Shown piece by piece: positions 5,946 to 6,125 of a stretch of 6,125 nt of DNA. Both the position numbers and the translations under genes were made by a program. Origin of the DNA: Candidatus Wukongarchaeum yapensis (lineage in GTDB: Archaea; Asgardarchaeota; Wukongarchaeia; Wukongarchaeales; Wukongarchaeaceae). The stretch covers positions 1 to 6,125 of the forward strand of contig JAEOSI010000142.1 in the NCBI GenBank assembly GCA_016840425.1, written 5' to 3'. The number at the start of each line of letters is the position of its first letter. Position 1 is the first letter of the stretch. Under the pieces are notes generated by a model, which made no database searches, was not told where the DNA came from, and saw only the letters and a list, made by a program, of their open reading frames with translations.

Positions 5946-6125
5946 TTACCCGATGGAAATTGTACCGAACAACAGAATAGCGATGACTAGACCGTAAATA
6001 GCAATAGCTTCCATCATAACGATGAAGATCATGGATTTACCGAAAACTTCTGGTTTTTCTGTTATAGCTCCAATTGCCGCAGCAGAAGCATTACCCATTC
6101 CGACACCAGCACCTAGACCAGCAAG
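5946..6125 (-). CDS. atpK: Second A/V-type ATP synthase proteolipid subunit K/c, C-terminal 59 aa (5' truncated by the window edge; absent from the ORF track)
   Basis: Translation from 6125: LAGLGAGVGMGNASAAAIGAITEKPEVFGKSMIFIVMMEAIAIYGLVIAILLFGTISIG*, TAA at 5948-5946. It has the GxGxGxG helix, the polar EKPE loop and the ion-binding E-A-I-A-I-Y-G motif. Confidence 0.95.
   Translation of the reverse strand, partial: LAGLGAGVGMGNASAAAIGAITEKPEVFGKSMIFIVMMEAIAIYGLVIAILLFGTISIG

Noticed and set aside
1-6125. CRISPR array, tRNA/rRNA, IS or transposase
   Set aside because: No regularly spaced repeats, cloverleaf or rRNA-like sequence, terminal inverted repeats or transposase motifs seen.

Overview
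AT-rich window, probably archaeal (A/V-type ATPase genes, GAGGTG/GGAG Shine-Dalgarno motifs). The core is a minus-strand three-gene unit encoding only membrane-sector/rotor-socket subunits of an A/V-type ATPase: subunit I/a (2751-4955), a duplicated four-helix proteolipid K/c (2196-2678) and subunit C/d (1004-2101). No E, F, H/G, A, B or D gene lies in or next to this unit. A second, different proteolipid gene, missed by the ORF track, runs off the right edge (5946->6125, minus). An AtpZ/ATPase_gene1-like two-helix protein (5238-5570, plus) lies between the two ATPase blocks. The left end holds a disrupted DNRLRE-type surface protein gene (in-frame TAG plus frameshift) and an unannotated two-helix membrane ORF split by a -1 shift at an A7 run (708-1054). 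Most notable: two distinct proteolipids, one eukaryote-like and four-helix with both glutamates kept, beside a stand-alone a-c-d module flanked by small two-helix proteins. This may indicate a heteromeric, V0-like rotor. All family calls are from motif recognition, not database searches.
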